This document shows, in pieces, positions 23,811 to 35,700 of a DNA stretch of 35,838 nucleotides. Below the pieces are notes generated by a model. That model did no database searches and was not told where the DNA came from. It saw only the letters and a program-made list of their open reading frames with translations. The DNA is from Hydrurus foetidus. Its lineage: Eukaryota. A program made the translations under genes and the position numbers. The first letter of the stretch is position 1, and the number at the start of each line of letters is the position of its first letter. The stretch is taken from contig UYFQ01000210.1 in the NCBI GenBank assembly GCA_900617105.1, positions 1-35,838 on the forward strand, in the 5' to 3' direction.

Positions 23811-24186
23811 CAGTCGGAAGCTCCTATAATCGACAAAAGTCCCACGAGAAAAAAAAGAGTTTGTGTAGATAAAACCGGGTAAATTCTTGAAAAACCCGGA
23901 TAAATACATTGTGGGCCCTCTGTTTAGAGGCCGACAATGTACTCTCTAACTGGGACGTCTTGATTTTCCACCATACTAATCCCACGAGATTCGCCACCAC
24001 TCAACTTTGCCCTCTATTAACTTTTCCCAGAGGTTGAGATAAAGAATTTCAACCACATGGAATTCTTCCTTTAATATAAACAAACACAAGTATGTGGTGG
24101 GAAATCCTATTTTGAATGATGCGAAGTGTGTGATACAGCTGGCGTTTCCCCCATATATAATTGTCGACTATAGGAGCTTCCGACTG
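23811..24186. mobile_element. MITE / non-autonomous Tc1-mariner-type element (376 bp)
   Basis: 26-bp TIR CAGTCGGAAGCTCCTATA(A/G)TCGACAA with one mismatch; TA on both flanks; no ORF. Confidence 0.92.
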
Positions 24187-24638
24187 TATAACCATTTTAC
24201 TAAGATTCATAGGAATGAAGTTCGACCCCCCCCCTAAATATTTCTACACACTACTAGATATATTAGATTTTGATTCCGATGAATCTATGAACACCATACA
24301 CCATACATAGGAAAAAATGCTGAGGGTCTACCGCATACAGCATACACAGCATACAGCATATCCACAGCATAAAGATATCATAGCCACCAGCCACCGGAGG
24401 GATGGTGTACAAATAATTAAAAAGTTTGTACGCCAAATTTTGAAATGTTCAAAATTGGTTGCGCACGCGCGCTTCGAGAGCCCCTACCGCCGGTTCGCGC
24501 GCAACACTTCTTTGTTGTGCTGAAGTTTTCGAGTGTCGCCGACGATAAACGACAGCGATAACAAAGTAGTCTTCCTCATGAACTGAGACTGTCACTTTCT
24601 GAACGTTTGCCTTGTTATCTCTGTGGCAACAGATTGCG

Positions 24639-25403
24639 ATGGGTATTGAGGTAATCGGTGCATCTTATGGCAGGACGGGAACATCGTCATTCCAGGCAGC
24701 GATGGAAATCCTAGGATTCGGGAGATGTTATCACATGAAGGAGGTATTTGCGAATAGTTCCGGAGCTCAGTGGACAAAAATTGCCGATGAAAGAAATCCT
24801 ACCCTTGTTCGAGATCTAATGGAACAAGGAAACTATCGCTCTACATGTGATATGCCTTCAAGTGTTTACTGGCTCGAGCAACTACAAATTTATCCAGATG
24901 CAAAAGTCGTCCTCACATTGAGGGATCCTGAGAGATGGTACAAAAGCTGGATGGACACGATTGGAACCGTACATCCCGACTCTGAGTCGTGCTACTTCGG
25001 TAACAGAGTAATCATGGGTATGGGTCTTTTTCAACACTTCAGTATGACTCCCATGTTCAATAAAGTAATAACGCGTGACTGTTTCAATGGAGACTGGAGC
25101 AAACAAAATTTAATTGCCTGCTACAAAGCGCACATTGAGAACGTTAAGAAACTGTGTCCTCCGGATAAACTCCTTCTGTTTGACGTCAAGGACGGCTGGG
25201 AACCTCTCTGCACATTTCTGGGAGTCCCTGTACCTGATTTGCCCTACCCTCATGCAAATGACACTCCAGCATTCTTGAAGATGGCGTCTATTCTTCATAT
25301 TGTTGGATGGATAATGTGCATTCTTGGATTAGGGATACCCGCTCTCTACCGCAGTAGGAGCATAATTTCTGATGAAGCGAAAAAGAGCACCAACACGGCA
25401 TGA
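24639..25403 (+). CDS. Sulfotransferase-family (Sulfotransfer_4-like) P-loop protein, 254 aa, probable C-terminal membrane anchor
   Basis: VIGASYGRTGTSS..LGFGRCYHM, YPDAKVVLTLRDPERWYKS, GWEPLCTFLGVPVPDLPYPHAN; hydrophobic tail; first ATG at 24639. Confidence 0.9.
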   Translation: MGIEVIGASYGRTGTSSFQAAMEILGFGRCYHMKEVFANSSGAQWTKIADERNPTLVRDLMEQGNYRSTCDMPSSVYWLEQLQIYPDAKVVLTLRDPERWYKSWMDTIGTVHPDSESCYFGNRVIMGMGLFQHFSMTPMFNKVITRDCFNGDWSKQNLIACYKAHIENVKKLCPPDKLLLFDVKDGWEPLCTFLGVPVPDLPYPHANDTPAFLKMASILHIVGWIMCILGLGIPALYRSRSIISDEAKKSTNTA

Positions 25404-25564
25404 ATTAACTCAAAAAATGAAGGAGGACTACGCACGAGACCATATCATGGAAGCGCACTGAGGCTTACAATTGCTTCAATCCGCTCAATTAAAGATTCAC
25501 CGATCTGCTACTTATGAAATTTATATTCATTCCTGACACTGTTTGTGTGAAGCGAGTATTGAAT

Positions 25565-25664
25565 TTCTTTCTCTTTCTTTTCTTTTCTTTTCTTTTCTTT
25601 TCTTTTCTTTTCTTTTCTTTTCTTTTTCTTTTCTTTTCTTTTCTTTTCTTTTCTTTTCTTTTCT
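25565..25664 (+). repeat. (TTTTC)n microsatellite, ~100 bp
   Basis: Direct reading. Confidence 0.95.
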
Positions 25665-26760
25665 CTTCGCTTTGATGCAATTTGAACGCTCTATTATTTG
25701 TCAGTATTTATTTTTGCGATCATAGCAGTCGGTCTCGCTTATTGCCATGGATGTGTTCGGTCATGTACTTGCAGTTTGCAGTACATTCCAGACCTTTAAC
25801 TATGAAGCGGATGGGATCGGATCCGCTATTATTCGCTACCGTACTGTTCATAAACATGTACACACGGTCTATTATTTTTTAGCCCACAGGATCACTACTT
25901 TGAAGAATTTAATAATGCAACACTTCAAGATAGCGTAGAATCCTCTCCGAAGACATTTGTATTTAAAAGTCTGTATTCACGTTGTATTTCTTTCGGATGT
26001 AAACAAAACTTATTCGAAATTATCGAAGATGATCAAAAGATAATTTGTCAGCAGGTTGGTTGCGCTTTTCTTTTCTCATAACAACATTAATCAGACTGTG
26101 AGCTGTATGGTAGTTTTTACTGGAATTACATTGAGATGCGATGCGTCATTTGATGACGAATGGAGTTGTTTCATGTTTCGACAACTCGTAAACATTGTCT
26201 TCATGGCTCAAAATTCACTTGAAGTTCTTAAAACTGAAAACACATTGACATGAAAAATTGAAAAAAAGTCTGGAATAAACTATTTGGTTACGTTTTTAAA
26301 AAATGAAAAATTGAAAATGTTTCTCCATCCCAAACGCAGTCTCGCTGAATAAGTTATTATCGTAGTAACATAACTAAATCTAAAGTCGAGGGGTTATCGT
26401 GGTATCATAGTGGGTGATAGTTTGATTTTAAGAATGTATCACTCATTATTCGAAAGGTCTCGAAAAACAAAATGATCGACTAGAGCCCTGAGTGCATAAT
26501 GCTAGGAGCTCGGTCAATTATGTGAAAAGTCTTGCACGTGGACAAAACTACGATTAAATGTGTTCGTCAAATAATCTCATGACATTTTACGTTTGGCGAC
26601 CACAGGGTAGGTCCAGGCGGAGCATGATGCAGTAAGTATCATAATATCGGATTAAGCCCGTTAAATGGCGGCTAGACCTCACAAGTCACAATCCAGGCTA
26701 GGGCGATTTGATTTGTCAGGGATCACGGGAGATAGACGATATAGAGACCGCTGATGGAGC

Positions 26761-27183
26761 CTATACAGAGGAGGCGATTATATCTAGGTATCTTTTCACA
26801 AAGGTGATGAATTCGTCTACGCCGATGTTACCGATGGTGGGAGCTTGCCTTGCAGAGAGATTAAGACTTACAAGATCATGAGAACGAATCGACTTTTGCG
26901 ACACCGAATCCTTCAGCTCTAAAGTATTAAAATTTTCCCAAAGCATAAATGCTGCTCCCTCCGACGACTTCATGGCAATTTCTTCTTTATAAGTGAAAAT
27001 GTCATCGCCCTCAAGTGTTACTCGTCCGACCCATATTTTGTTTTCGACAATGTAAAGTGGCTGACCTTGATATGTGCAGACGCTTATACGCCGAAGATTC
27101 CCATGGAGTTCAAATCGGCGGTAGTGAGTCCTTTCTCCCAAGTATTCGTTGACAAGGGTCTTAACTATGTTTGCCGAGTCCAT
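26761..27183 (-). CDS. Hypothetical protein, 140 aa
   Basis: ATG-initiated ORF with globular-looking composition; no motif recognised. Confidence 0.4.
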   Translation of the reverse strand: MDSANIVKTLVNEYLGERTHYRRFELHGNLRRISVCTYQGQPLYIVENKIWVGRVTLEGDDIFTYKEEIAMKSSEGAAFMLWENFNTLELKDSVSQKSIRSHDLVSLNLSARQAPTIGNIGVDEFITFVKRYLDIIASSV

Positions 27184-27702
27184 TTTCGCAACCCAAAGCT
27201 AAATTGCTAATTCAACTGTTTTGAAAGCGATATCAGGTAGAGAGGCTGAGCAGAGACAAGAGGGAGGCGAGTGTCCGTCCGACGAGCCTTGAAGTTATGC
27301 TGTTACAACGAGTTGATGTAGCGATCTGCGGCAAGGTCTGAGGCTGGTTCGTGAGCGTTTGAATATGATACAGGGTGATGAGCATGAACAGCGTAGTCGC
27401 ATGAATGGACGTCGAATAAGACCTTTAAAAATGTTGCCCACCAGATTTCCTCTAATATCTGATGGAAAAGCTGTTCGTGTGATCGTGCGAGCAAACCACA
27501 CCTTCTCTCAGAGACACCCAATAAAGTACGAAGAAGTTTGAACCGACACAACCCAACAGTCGTACGTTTTTATTTTGAAAAGGGGGGAGGGTTGGTTGGT
27601 TCGTCCGTCCGTCCGTTCTGTTGGAATTTTTTTTTCCATTTTTTTTTGTTCTGTTGGAAAAATTCCACACTCAAAAAAGAGCACACCTGCGGTCGGTGAC
27701 TC

Positions 27703-27920
27703 TGTAGCCATATGCCATTTAGTATGACATTATGAGCTTCTAGGACTATCGGTCTACAGATCGGTCTACGGGCTCGTAGGCTTCCAGCCTCACCCTTACA
27801 ACGTGTACTCTGCTATCATCTAGCTAGTCCACGTAGAAGTTACCCTGGCTACGGCTTTCCCCTGTAACTAAGACTTCAGCTCCTCTCCTTTCCTTTCTCT
27901 CTTTTGCCATTCGGACTACA
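27703..27920 (+). repeat. 5' LTR of gypsy family 2 (218 bp, TGTAG...CTACA)
   Basis: 5-bp inverted termini; shares gtccac.tagaagtta, cctgtaactaag and ctcctctc blocks with the family 1 LTR. Confidence 0.72.
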
Positions 27921-28489
27921 ATAGATCTATTCCGTCCACTCTTCTTTAGCTAATACCTCCGACTTCTACCTCTCCTTCCCGATACGCCATTTCCAGATCC
28001 CAGCCTCTGTCGACAGAGACGCGGACTCGAGTGAGCCTTCGTGGATAAGTCTTATCGTTACTTTAAATCCATCTCAGCGATTAAGTTCGTCTGCAGACGA
28101 TTTCTTTGGGGATTTTCACCGAGACCAGTTTCGTCGGTTTAACTACCACAACTTGGATCCTCGAAGCTTTCGAGCTTGTGCACTTTCCAGTTAATTCTAG
28201 ATCGTTTTGCACGATTGCCAAGGGTTAGTGAGCAACGTTAAATCGTTTTCTCGCCTCAACTGTGCTTGGTTGGCTTTAAATAGCTGTTCTCACCGAGATT
28301 TTTGACACGTCAAAAATCTCGACTTCTCACCATATACCTGCTTCGTTTCTAACTGCCTGCTGTTGTTTCCAAGGTTTTCTACCTTACAACACAGGGGGGA
28401 AACTCTGGCAAATTTTTCCAGAGTTAACTCTCTTCAGAAAAGTTTTGACAGTAATATCTCTTAAACTAGATCAAGCTTAATTGCTTGAT

Positions 28490-28801
28490 ATGTCGAGCGG
28501 CTCTTCTACAACTGATCCCACCTCGGGAATATTGCGAACTCCTGATGGCTTTCAAACAGCATCGGGTAGATTGCGTCAACAGCAATCACAGTCGAGTAAT
28601 TCTTCGACAAATCAACGCTCAGGTTCATCACCGATAGCATTTGATAATCGCCGTTCGCAGGGTTCATTACCTGACAATGTACGTCGCCCTCAGTCTTCGA
28701 CTGTTCAATTACAACAACCTTTGTTCGTAATGAAAGGGCCGCACATCTCTCCTGAAGAGGCTGTTCTGTTTAAGACACAGGCGATAGGTGTCCCTGACAT
28801 C
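28490..28801 (+). pseudogene. gag N-terminal fragment of gypsy family 2
   Basis: VQLQQPLFVMKGPHISPEEAVLFKTQA matches family 1 MQMQREIFVLKGDYITPQDAESFFEQA; homology stops near 28801. Confidence 0.8.
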
Positions 28802-29239
28802 GGATCGTTTACGCCAAGAACAAACGCGGGTCAGTTGCGTCAACAACGATCGTAGTCCAAAGTTATTTCTCTTCTATCGCATAACGCGCTTAATTGCTAC
28901 TTATCGGGGGATGTTTCCCAAGGGATATACTCCACCAAAGCTCTTCTTCATGAAGAATTCATCGTCGACATGCGCCTTCGCATTGAGCGCCATGCTTTCG
29001 ACAAGAGCAATCGTCAAACCTTCTATTGCATTGCAAAAGGATTTGTTCGAAGGTGTGATGTCACTCCGTACAGCTCTCAGCTGGAAGCTTTGAAGGCAAA
29101 ACCCTTCTTACTAGACCAGATTGTATGACTCCGTACCACGCGCGTTATCAGACCTTCCTGGCTTTATCCCATAACTCGAATCGGGGACTTTTTATTAAAC
29201 TGTGTAGTCCACTTTGAATCCCCTAACGCACAAGGTGAA

Positions 29240-29311
29240 GGGGCGATTCGAACCAACGATCTGTTCGTTGCGGGTTGACCCCAGGCAGCTAACCACTTAA
29301 GCGATAGCTGG
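29240..29311 (-). other. tRNA-like sequence (pseudo-tRNA or tRNA-derived SINE head)
   Basis: A-box-like TCGCTTAAGTGG and B-box GGTTCGAATC at tRNA-like spacing; no acceptor stem. Confidence 0.45.
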
Positions 29312-29415
29312 TTCGTGCTTTTCATGAAAAATGTAAGGATCTCAATACCGTTATTGGGCATTGTAATATACTCTGCGTACAGAATCGTATAGGAGTCAAT
29401 TTTTGTGTCGGTGTA

Positions 29416-32400
29416 CAGTGGCCCTCATCTAAAAGCGACAATATATAAAAAGGGTCACATCGGAAATGAAAAATTCGTTGTACCTAAAAACGGAAAATCT
29501 TGAGCCCCCACACACAATATTTTAGTCCCCTCTACAATTATAATAGTCCCCTCTACAAAAAAATTCATGTCCAACATGAAAAAATGCAAACTATTGCCAC
29601 GTGTCTGCAAATAATACAGGAATATTTTGCGTGGGACAACTCGTCAACTCAACTCGACTGCAGCCTGCAGCATACCTCCAGCCAACATAACAACAGATAT
29701 ACAACACGTCAGTTATCATCACATAAATGCCCCTATTATCACGGCGTAGAAGGGCTGTCAAGCTGCTGTCCCGTTCCAGCGGCTCCAGATTCATCTCTCG
29801 ACCTGTTGAAATTGTCGAGGCAGGAGATGATGAATATTCAGATATTGACGACGATAGGATTTCGAATTTCAAGGATGTTGGCGAGGACACTGAGCTTGAT
29901 GTCATAGAGGATGTTCGCTGCGAACCTATACCCCAGCTCTCAGTAGAGTTCGTCACCAAATGCAGACTCTGGAGAGAAGTCGGTCACAATTCGGGCGTCA
30001 GAGGCGCTGGTACCAGCAAAAGCACTTTCACAAGGACAAAAAGAAAAGCCCTGGATACGGCTACTACAGCGTTGTCATGTCAAAAAGTTACTGGGTTTTG
30101 GAAAAGCGGGATAGCGACCTTTCCAGAGTCTAAAATCCTTCGTGCCATCAATCACTCAACTCCGGCCACAACATCTTCTACTTCGGCTCTTCCCCCTACT
30201 GTCGACCCTTTAGTTGATGAGAGTCCTGTTGATCCTGTGATAGACGAGGATCACTTTTTTCACCTTCTTGACCAATACGACATATTCAATGACGAGAAGG
30301 AGGAGGAGATAGTAGTTCTACCGCCTAAATTTACCATGAAGTCAGCCATCGAGAACCTTTTATCTGTTGAAGCTAATATTACACGTAACAAAAGAGTAGA
30401 AAAAAAATCTTTTCTTATGAGGTATCAATGTGTCCAAGGCCTAGCGTTGGTACGATACTTCCAATTGATCTTGGAAGGAGTTGAGAAGATGAAGGCCTCT
30501 GCAGAAGTAGCACTAGTGCTGTATCACAAAAGAGGAATATGGTCATATAAGGCGCGAAGTATAAGGGGGTGGGGAAAGCATTATCTGCAGACAGGTATCA
30601 CCAATTCTACATACGTATTTATTAAGGTGTATAGTAAACTCACATTACTTTTATTTTTAGTATTTTTATTTTTATTTTCATTTATTTTTTCCAATTAAAG
30701 GCGAACTAAAAATGTTCAGACAAGGACTACACATTAAAACCGCAAGTATCATAACGGATGAAAACGTGCAGGCTATGTTCCTCATACACTTGAGAGAAAT
30801 GAGAGACGAGTGCAGGACACCTGAGAACTTTATGAAGGATTGTAATAACACTTTGTTCAAAAGAATTCCCAATGCACCAGCTATCATAAGTCTAAATACA
30901 GCCACGAGATGGATGAAATTTCTCGGATTTCATCCTAAACTTCAAAAGAAAGGTTATTACACCGATGGACATAATCGTAAAGATGTTATTGAGTATCGAG
31001 ATAATGAATTCTTACCGCGCATGCTTAGTTATGAAAGGTGCATGCAAGAGTACTCAGGTAATTTGATGGATACAATTATTCCACCTGATCTATTAGAGGG
31101 AGAAAAGAGAATTGTTTTGATAACTCATGATGAGAGTACTTTTTATTGTTGTGAGGGAAAACCTCTTATGTGGATGGAAAATGGTAAGAATAAGCTGCTA
31201 CCAAAAACTAAAGGTACTTCACTTATGATCAGCGGGTTTTGTTGTGATTGTCACGGGTTTTTCCGAGATAGTTTAAGGAAATCATACTCCACATTTGAGG
31301 CAGGAAAGAATCGGGAAGGTTGGTTTACTAACAATGATCTCGTCAATCAGTCTAATGCATTAATCCCATTGATAAAGGAACTTCATCAAAACTGTGAAAT
31401 AGTCATTGCTTTTGATAATTCAATGACACATCACGCCAAGGTATGATTCCTCATTAGTACATTTTGATTACATTTCTTCGAACTTTAAGTATTGTATTAA
31501 CAATTTATTAAATTAACAATCTTTACTTCAGGTGCCTGGTGGACTCGACGTGTCAAATTTGAAAATGAGCGACGGTAAACCTTCTCACGTGGTTGCAGAA
31601 ATGAAAAATGGTAAATTTATTGATCAACTTGGCAACGAGCAAATTCAATCAATGCAATATCCTTGTGGAAAGCAAAAGGGTGTGAAGCAAATATTGATGG
31701 AAAGAGGTAATAAACACAGAAATGATCAAGGTGACGTTCTCTTCTTGCAGTGCAATTACTGCAAATCAAAGACAACTCCGGAAGAACGGGTAGAATTAAA
31801 TATAAGCAACCAGTGTTGTGCTAGCTATGTACTCGCTCATGAACCTGATTTTCTAGCACAAGAAGAGTGGTTGACACAGGTTGTTCATGATGCCGGCTTT
31901 GAAATAATTTTTTACCCTAAGTATCATTGTGAGTTAAATTATATTGAGATGATATGGGGATGGGTGAAGAGTTACCATAGACGGACCTGTACCTATAACT
32001 ATAAAGACTTGAAGGATAGATTACCTAAAACATTTGATGATTTGTTACCATTACCGTTTGTTAGAAAAGTATTCCAATATTGTTTGAGATTTATGAGTGG
32101 ATATGGGCAGAACCTTGAAGGCCCCTTACTAGATTATGCCATGACAAAAACACTAGTCATTGAACTGTACCAGTAGGAGTAGCAGAAGAATTATCTACAG
32201 AATAACAAAAATATTTGAAAATCAAGGAGGAAAAGAAAAGAAATTAAGTTTCATGCTGTAATTCTAAAAAGACCGAATCGGATACGGCTGTTTTCGATTT
32301 AAATATGTCTATATCTTTATCTCTGTTACACCAGCCAAATTGGCACGGTTATTCCGATCATTTTGAATATTTGGAGAAGTGTGTTTGCGTACGTACGTTC

Positions 32401-32648
32401 AAACATGTAAGTGTACGTACGTACGTACGGCCACCTTCAGGGTCACATGGAATTTTTAATATGTAAAACGGAAATCCATTGGCTCCTCCAAAAATACAAA
32501 ATACAAAAATCTATTCGGTAACAAATGTTCGTAATGGTATTCTCCATCTTCATTACGGAATAAAAATCAAATATGAAATGTCATGTAACCTTTCAACTGT
32601 TTGGGACCGTCTCTCACTCAAGATTGTCGGCTGTAATTAGGGTCACCG
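29416..32648 (+). mobile_element. IS630/Tc1/mariner-superfamily DNA transposon (3233 bp)
   Basis: Imperfect ~27-bp TIRs (CAGTGGCCCTCATCTAAAAGCGACAAT vs CGGTGACCCTAATTACAGCCGACAAT), TA duplication in a tgTAca target, transposase inside. Confidence 0.85.
29727..32176 (+). CDS. DDE transposase, 3 exons (29727-30594, 30701-31440, 31532-32176), C-terminus degenerate
   Basis: ITHDESTF, AFDNS, YPKYHCELNYIEMIWG; two in-phase GT-AG introns; apparent frameshift near 32150 with the ancestral stop probably at ~32248. Confidence 0.88.
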
Positions 32649-32744
32649 TACATACATCTCGAAAATGAACACCGGATTATAAATATTTTTTTTTCAAAAA
32701 TTAATTTTTTTTCGAAGTGATATGCAAAATTGAATTAATTGCAT

Positions 32745-35700
32745 CACAATTGAATTCAATGCTTTACATCTTTGCTATACTTCACCTATACCTTTGGTTG
32801 TGTGTAGTGGCTTAGATCGTACTGGCTATAACAATAATACTGTAATCGACATAGGTATTAATTTCAAATCGATTAACAATGTATGCCATACCATATATTT
32901 GACTGTAAGGGTCAAACAATCGTCGCTCATAGACTTAATTATTGGCAGAGTCTCTTTAAATAAATACTCGTTTTATAAATTAACTCCTTTCGCTTTTGGG
33001 ATAAGTGAGGAACACAAACTAATTTCCTCAGCAAGTGTCGATTGCTCAGCGTGCGACGAACTACCTGATGTCGAACCGTTACTTTCGCAACGGTTCACAA
33101 CAATATTATCCAGTGATAGGATTAATAAAAATTTGATAAAAAATTCAAATATCTTACCTATTGAAGAACAGTCAGTTGTAACACAACTTTCTTCTACTTC
33201 TAATATCCTAAGGGACTTCGGACAACCTACAACCGAAGGGGAAAGACTGACTATCTGTGGTCACTCATGTTGTTCGTCCGGGACAGGGTCCTGCCCGGCA
33301 TTATTGGAATTAGCTACTCCAGAGGCCGGCTGTGAGAGGGGTCGGGCAGTTCATGGGAGTATCGTTCACCCTGAACTGACTCGTGACGGTGATACACCTC
33401 CCGAAGATGGATTAGATTACATCCCTCCGACACCAGGGTTTCTTAACGACGAAACGCATGACACTTTAGGCCACTCGCCAAGTGTTGTCATTATCAGTAA
33501 CGATGAGATTGACAGTGAGAAAACCGATACTTTCGGACCTTTCCTCCAAGGGACTAGCCCTGATTTACCGCCCGACAGTAACGGGTCAGACAAGTTTCTT
33601 GACGAAATAACTTTCGTTGGTATGGAAGACCAAATAATTGCAATGAAACTTCTCTGCTTAGAGTTTCGCGACTTGTTCAGCAATAAAATTGCAACTCTAC
33701 CAGCTAAACTAGATCCGTTTAGACTGGATGTGAGGGAACAAGAATGGGAAATATCCGCAAACCGGACCCCGGTTCGACCCCAATCATCTCGTAAAGAGAT
33801 TGAAATAAAAAGCCTTAGACGAGATGCTTTCATTAGGTATCATCGAATCTTCGAGTGCAGTCTATTACAGTCACCCTGTAGTAGTACAAAAGACAGCTGA
33901 TACGTATCGATTCTGCATCGATTACAGACTCTTAAATGCGTGCATGCAACCAGCTAGTTTTCCGCTACCGAATATTCGGGGTCTTTTTGAACGCATTGGC
34001 CGTCACCAAGCCGATATTTTCGGTGTAATGGACTTAACTGCCGGTTACCATCAAGCTCCGCTTTATGAACCACATCGCCATTTTACGGCATTCATATGCT
34101 ATGCAGGCATATTCCATTTTACTAGACTCCCCTTTGGACCTAGGTGTGCTCCCTCTTACTTCCAAGAGCAGATGGCCACCAAAGTCCTTCGCGGTCTCAT
34201 ATATATGATATGCGAAATATATCTTGACGATATAATTATATATGGCCGGGGATTTGCAGAGTTTCTTAGTAGACTGAGAGATATATTTTTACGTTTACGT
34301 GAATTTCGCATTTTGCTAAAAGCAAAGAAATGCAAATATGGTTGTAAAAGCCTAGAGTATGTTGGTCGTACAATCTCAAAAGACGGATTATCCATGTCTG
34401 AGACAAAAATTGAGTCTATACTCAACTTTCCAAGACCACAGACTTTAACAGCACTTCGCTCGTTACTGGGTCTTGCGAACTATTTTAGAGGATTTGTACC
34501 AAATCACTCTACTATAGTCGCACCTTTACAGAGATTAGTTGATTCTAAAGCTCACAAAAAATCACCAATTATTTGGACACCTAGTGCTATACTAGCATTC
34601 CAACACGTAAGAGTGGCTATATCAAGATGCCCTCTAATGTATTTTCTTGATGAAAAGTCAACTATTAAGTTATACACTGACGCATCAGATTATGGAATCG
34701 GTGGTGTGTTAATTCAAGTTGTTAACAATGAATGGAGACCTATCGCTTTCATTAGCAAGTCACTTTCTGCAACACAATTAAAATGGTCCACGATACAAAA
34801 AGAAGCTTATGCTATCTATTACTCGTGTCAACAACTTGATTCTTTAATTAGAGATCGTGAGTTTGAAATACATACCGATCATAAAAACATTACATATATG
34901 AAACAAACACCAACTTCAATGGTGTCACGGTGGTTTATAGCTTTACAAGAATTAAATTTCAAAGTTATATTTGTGAAAGGCACACAAAATCAGCTAGCGG
35001 ACGGTCTATCAAGACTTTGTCCCAACATAGCTAAGTTAGCTTTACCGTTCACACCGGTAGCTACTAGCAATAATGAAATAGTATTATCTGCACTGACAGT
35101 TATACCTGAACCTAATCCAGAACAACTTGAATGGATGGAACAATGTCACAACGCAATAGTTGGACATGGTGGTTCTTCTAGAACTCTTACCAAACTTTTC
35201 AGTTTAGGTCATGCATGGAAGTATATGCGACAGCACGTACGTATGTTCATTGCATCTTGCCCATGCTGTCAAAAGATGAGCATGATAAAGGTACCGGTTG
35301 AAGTTCAACATTATGTGACTTCTTCTAACCGACCTTTTGACGTCGTGAATATCGATTTTATCGGGCCATACCCAGACGATTCATACGTTCTTGTTATTAT
35401 TGACACATTTTCTAAATGGATTGAACTTTTCCATTGCAAAGATGCCACTGCTAAATCAGCATGTGAGGCACTCTTGCAACATTTTGGTCGCTACGGCGCT
35501 CCCAATATGATTAGATCTGATAAAGGTTCTCATTTCGCAAACGATTTGATTAAAGAGTTTCTTGTTTTAACAGGTACTCCACACAACCTTACATTATCTT
35601 ATTCTAAACAAGAAAATGGGGTAGTTGAACGTGCTAACAGAGAAGTCAACAGACATCTTCGCGCATTAACTTTCGAAACTAATGATGTAAATAACTACAG

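Noticed and set aside
25489..25725. Lys/Arg-rich and Phe/Ser-rich ORFs
   Set aside because: Translations of the (TTTTC)n microsatellite
27295..27711. Several short overlapping ORFs
   Set aside because: No recognisable motifs, and they partly derive from low-complexity sequence
33800..33815. Possible programmed frameshift between protease and RT
   Set aside because: One A missing from a homopolymer explains it (EIKKALDEML restored), and similar homopolymer indels occur in copy A; mutation or sequencing error is more likely
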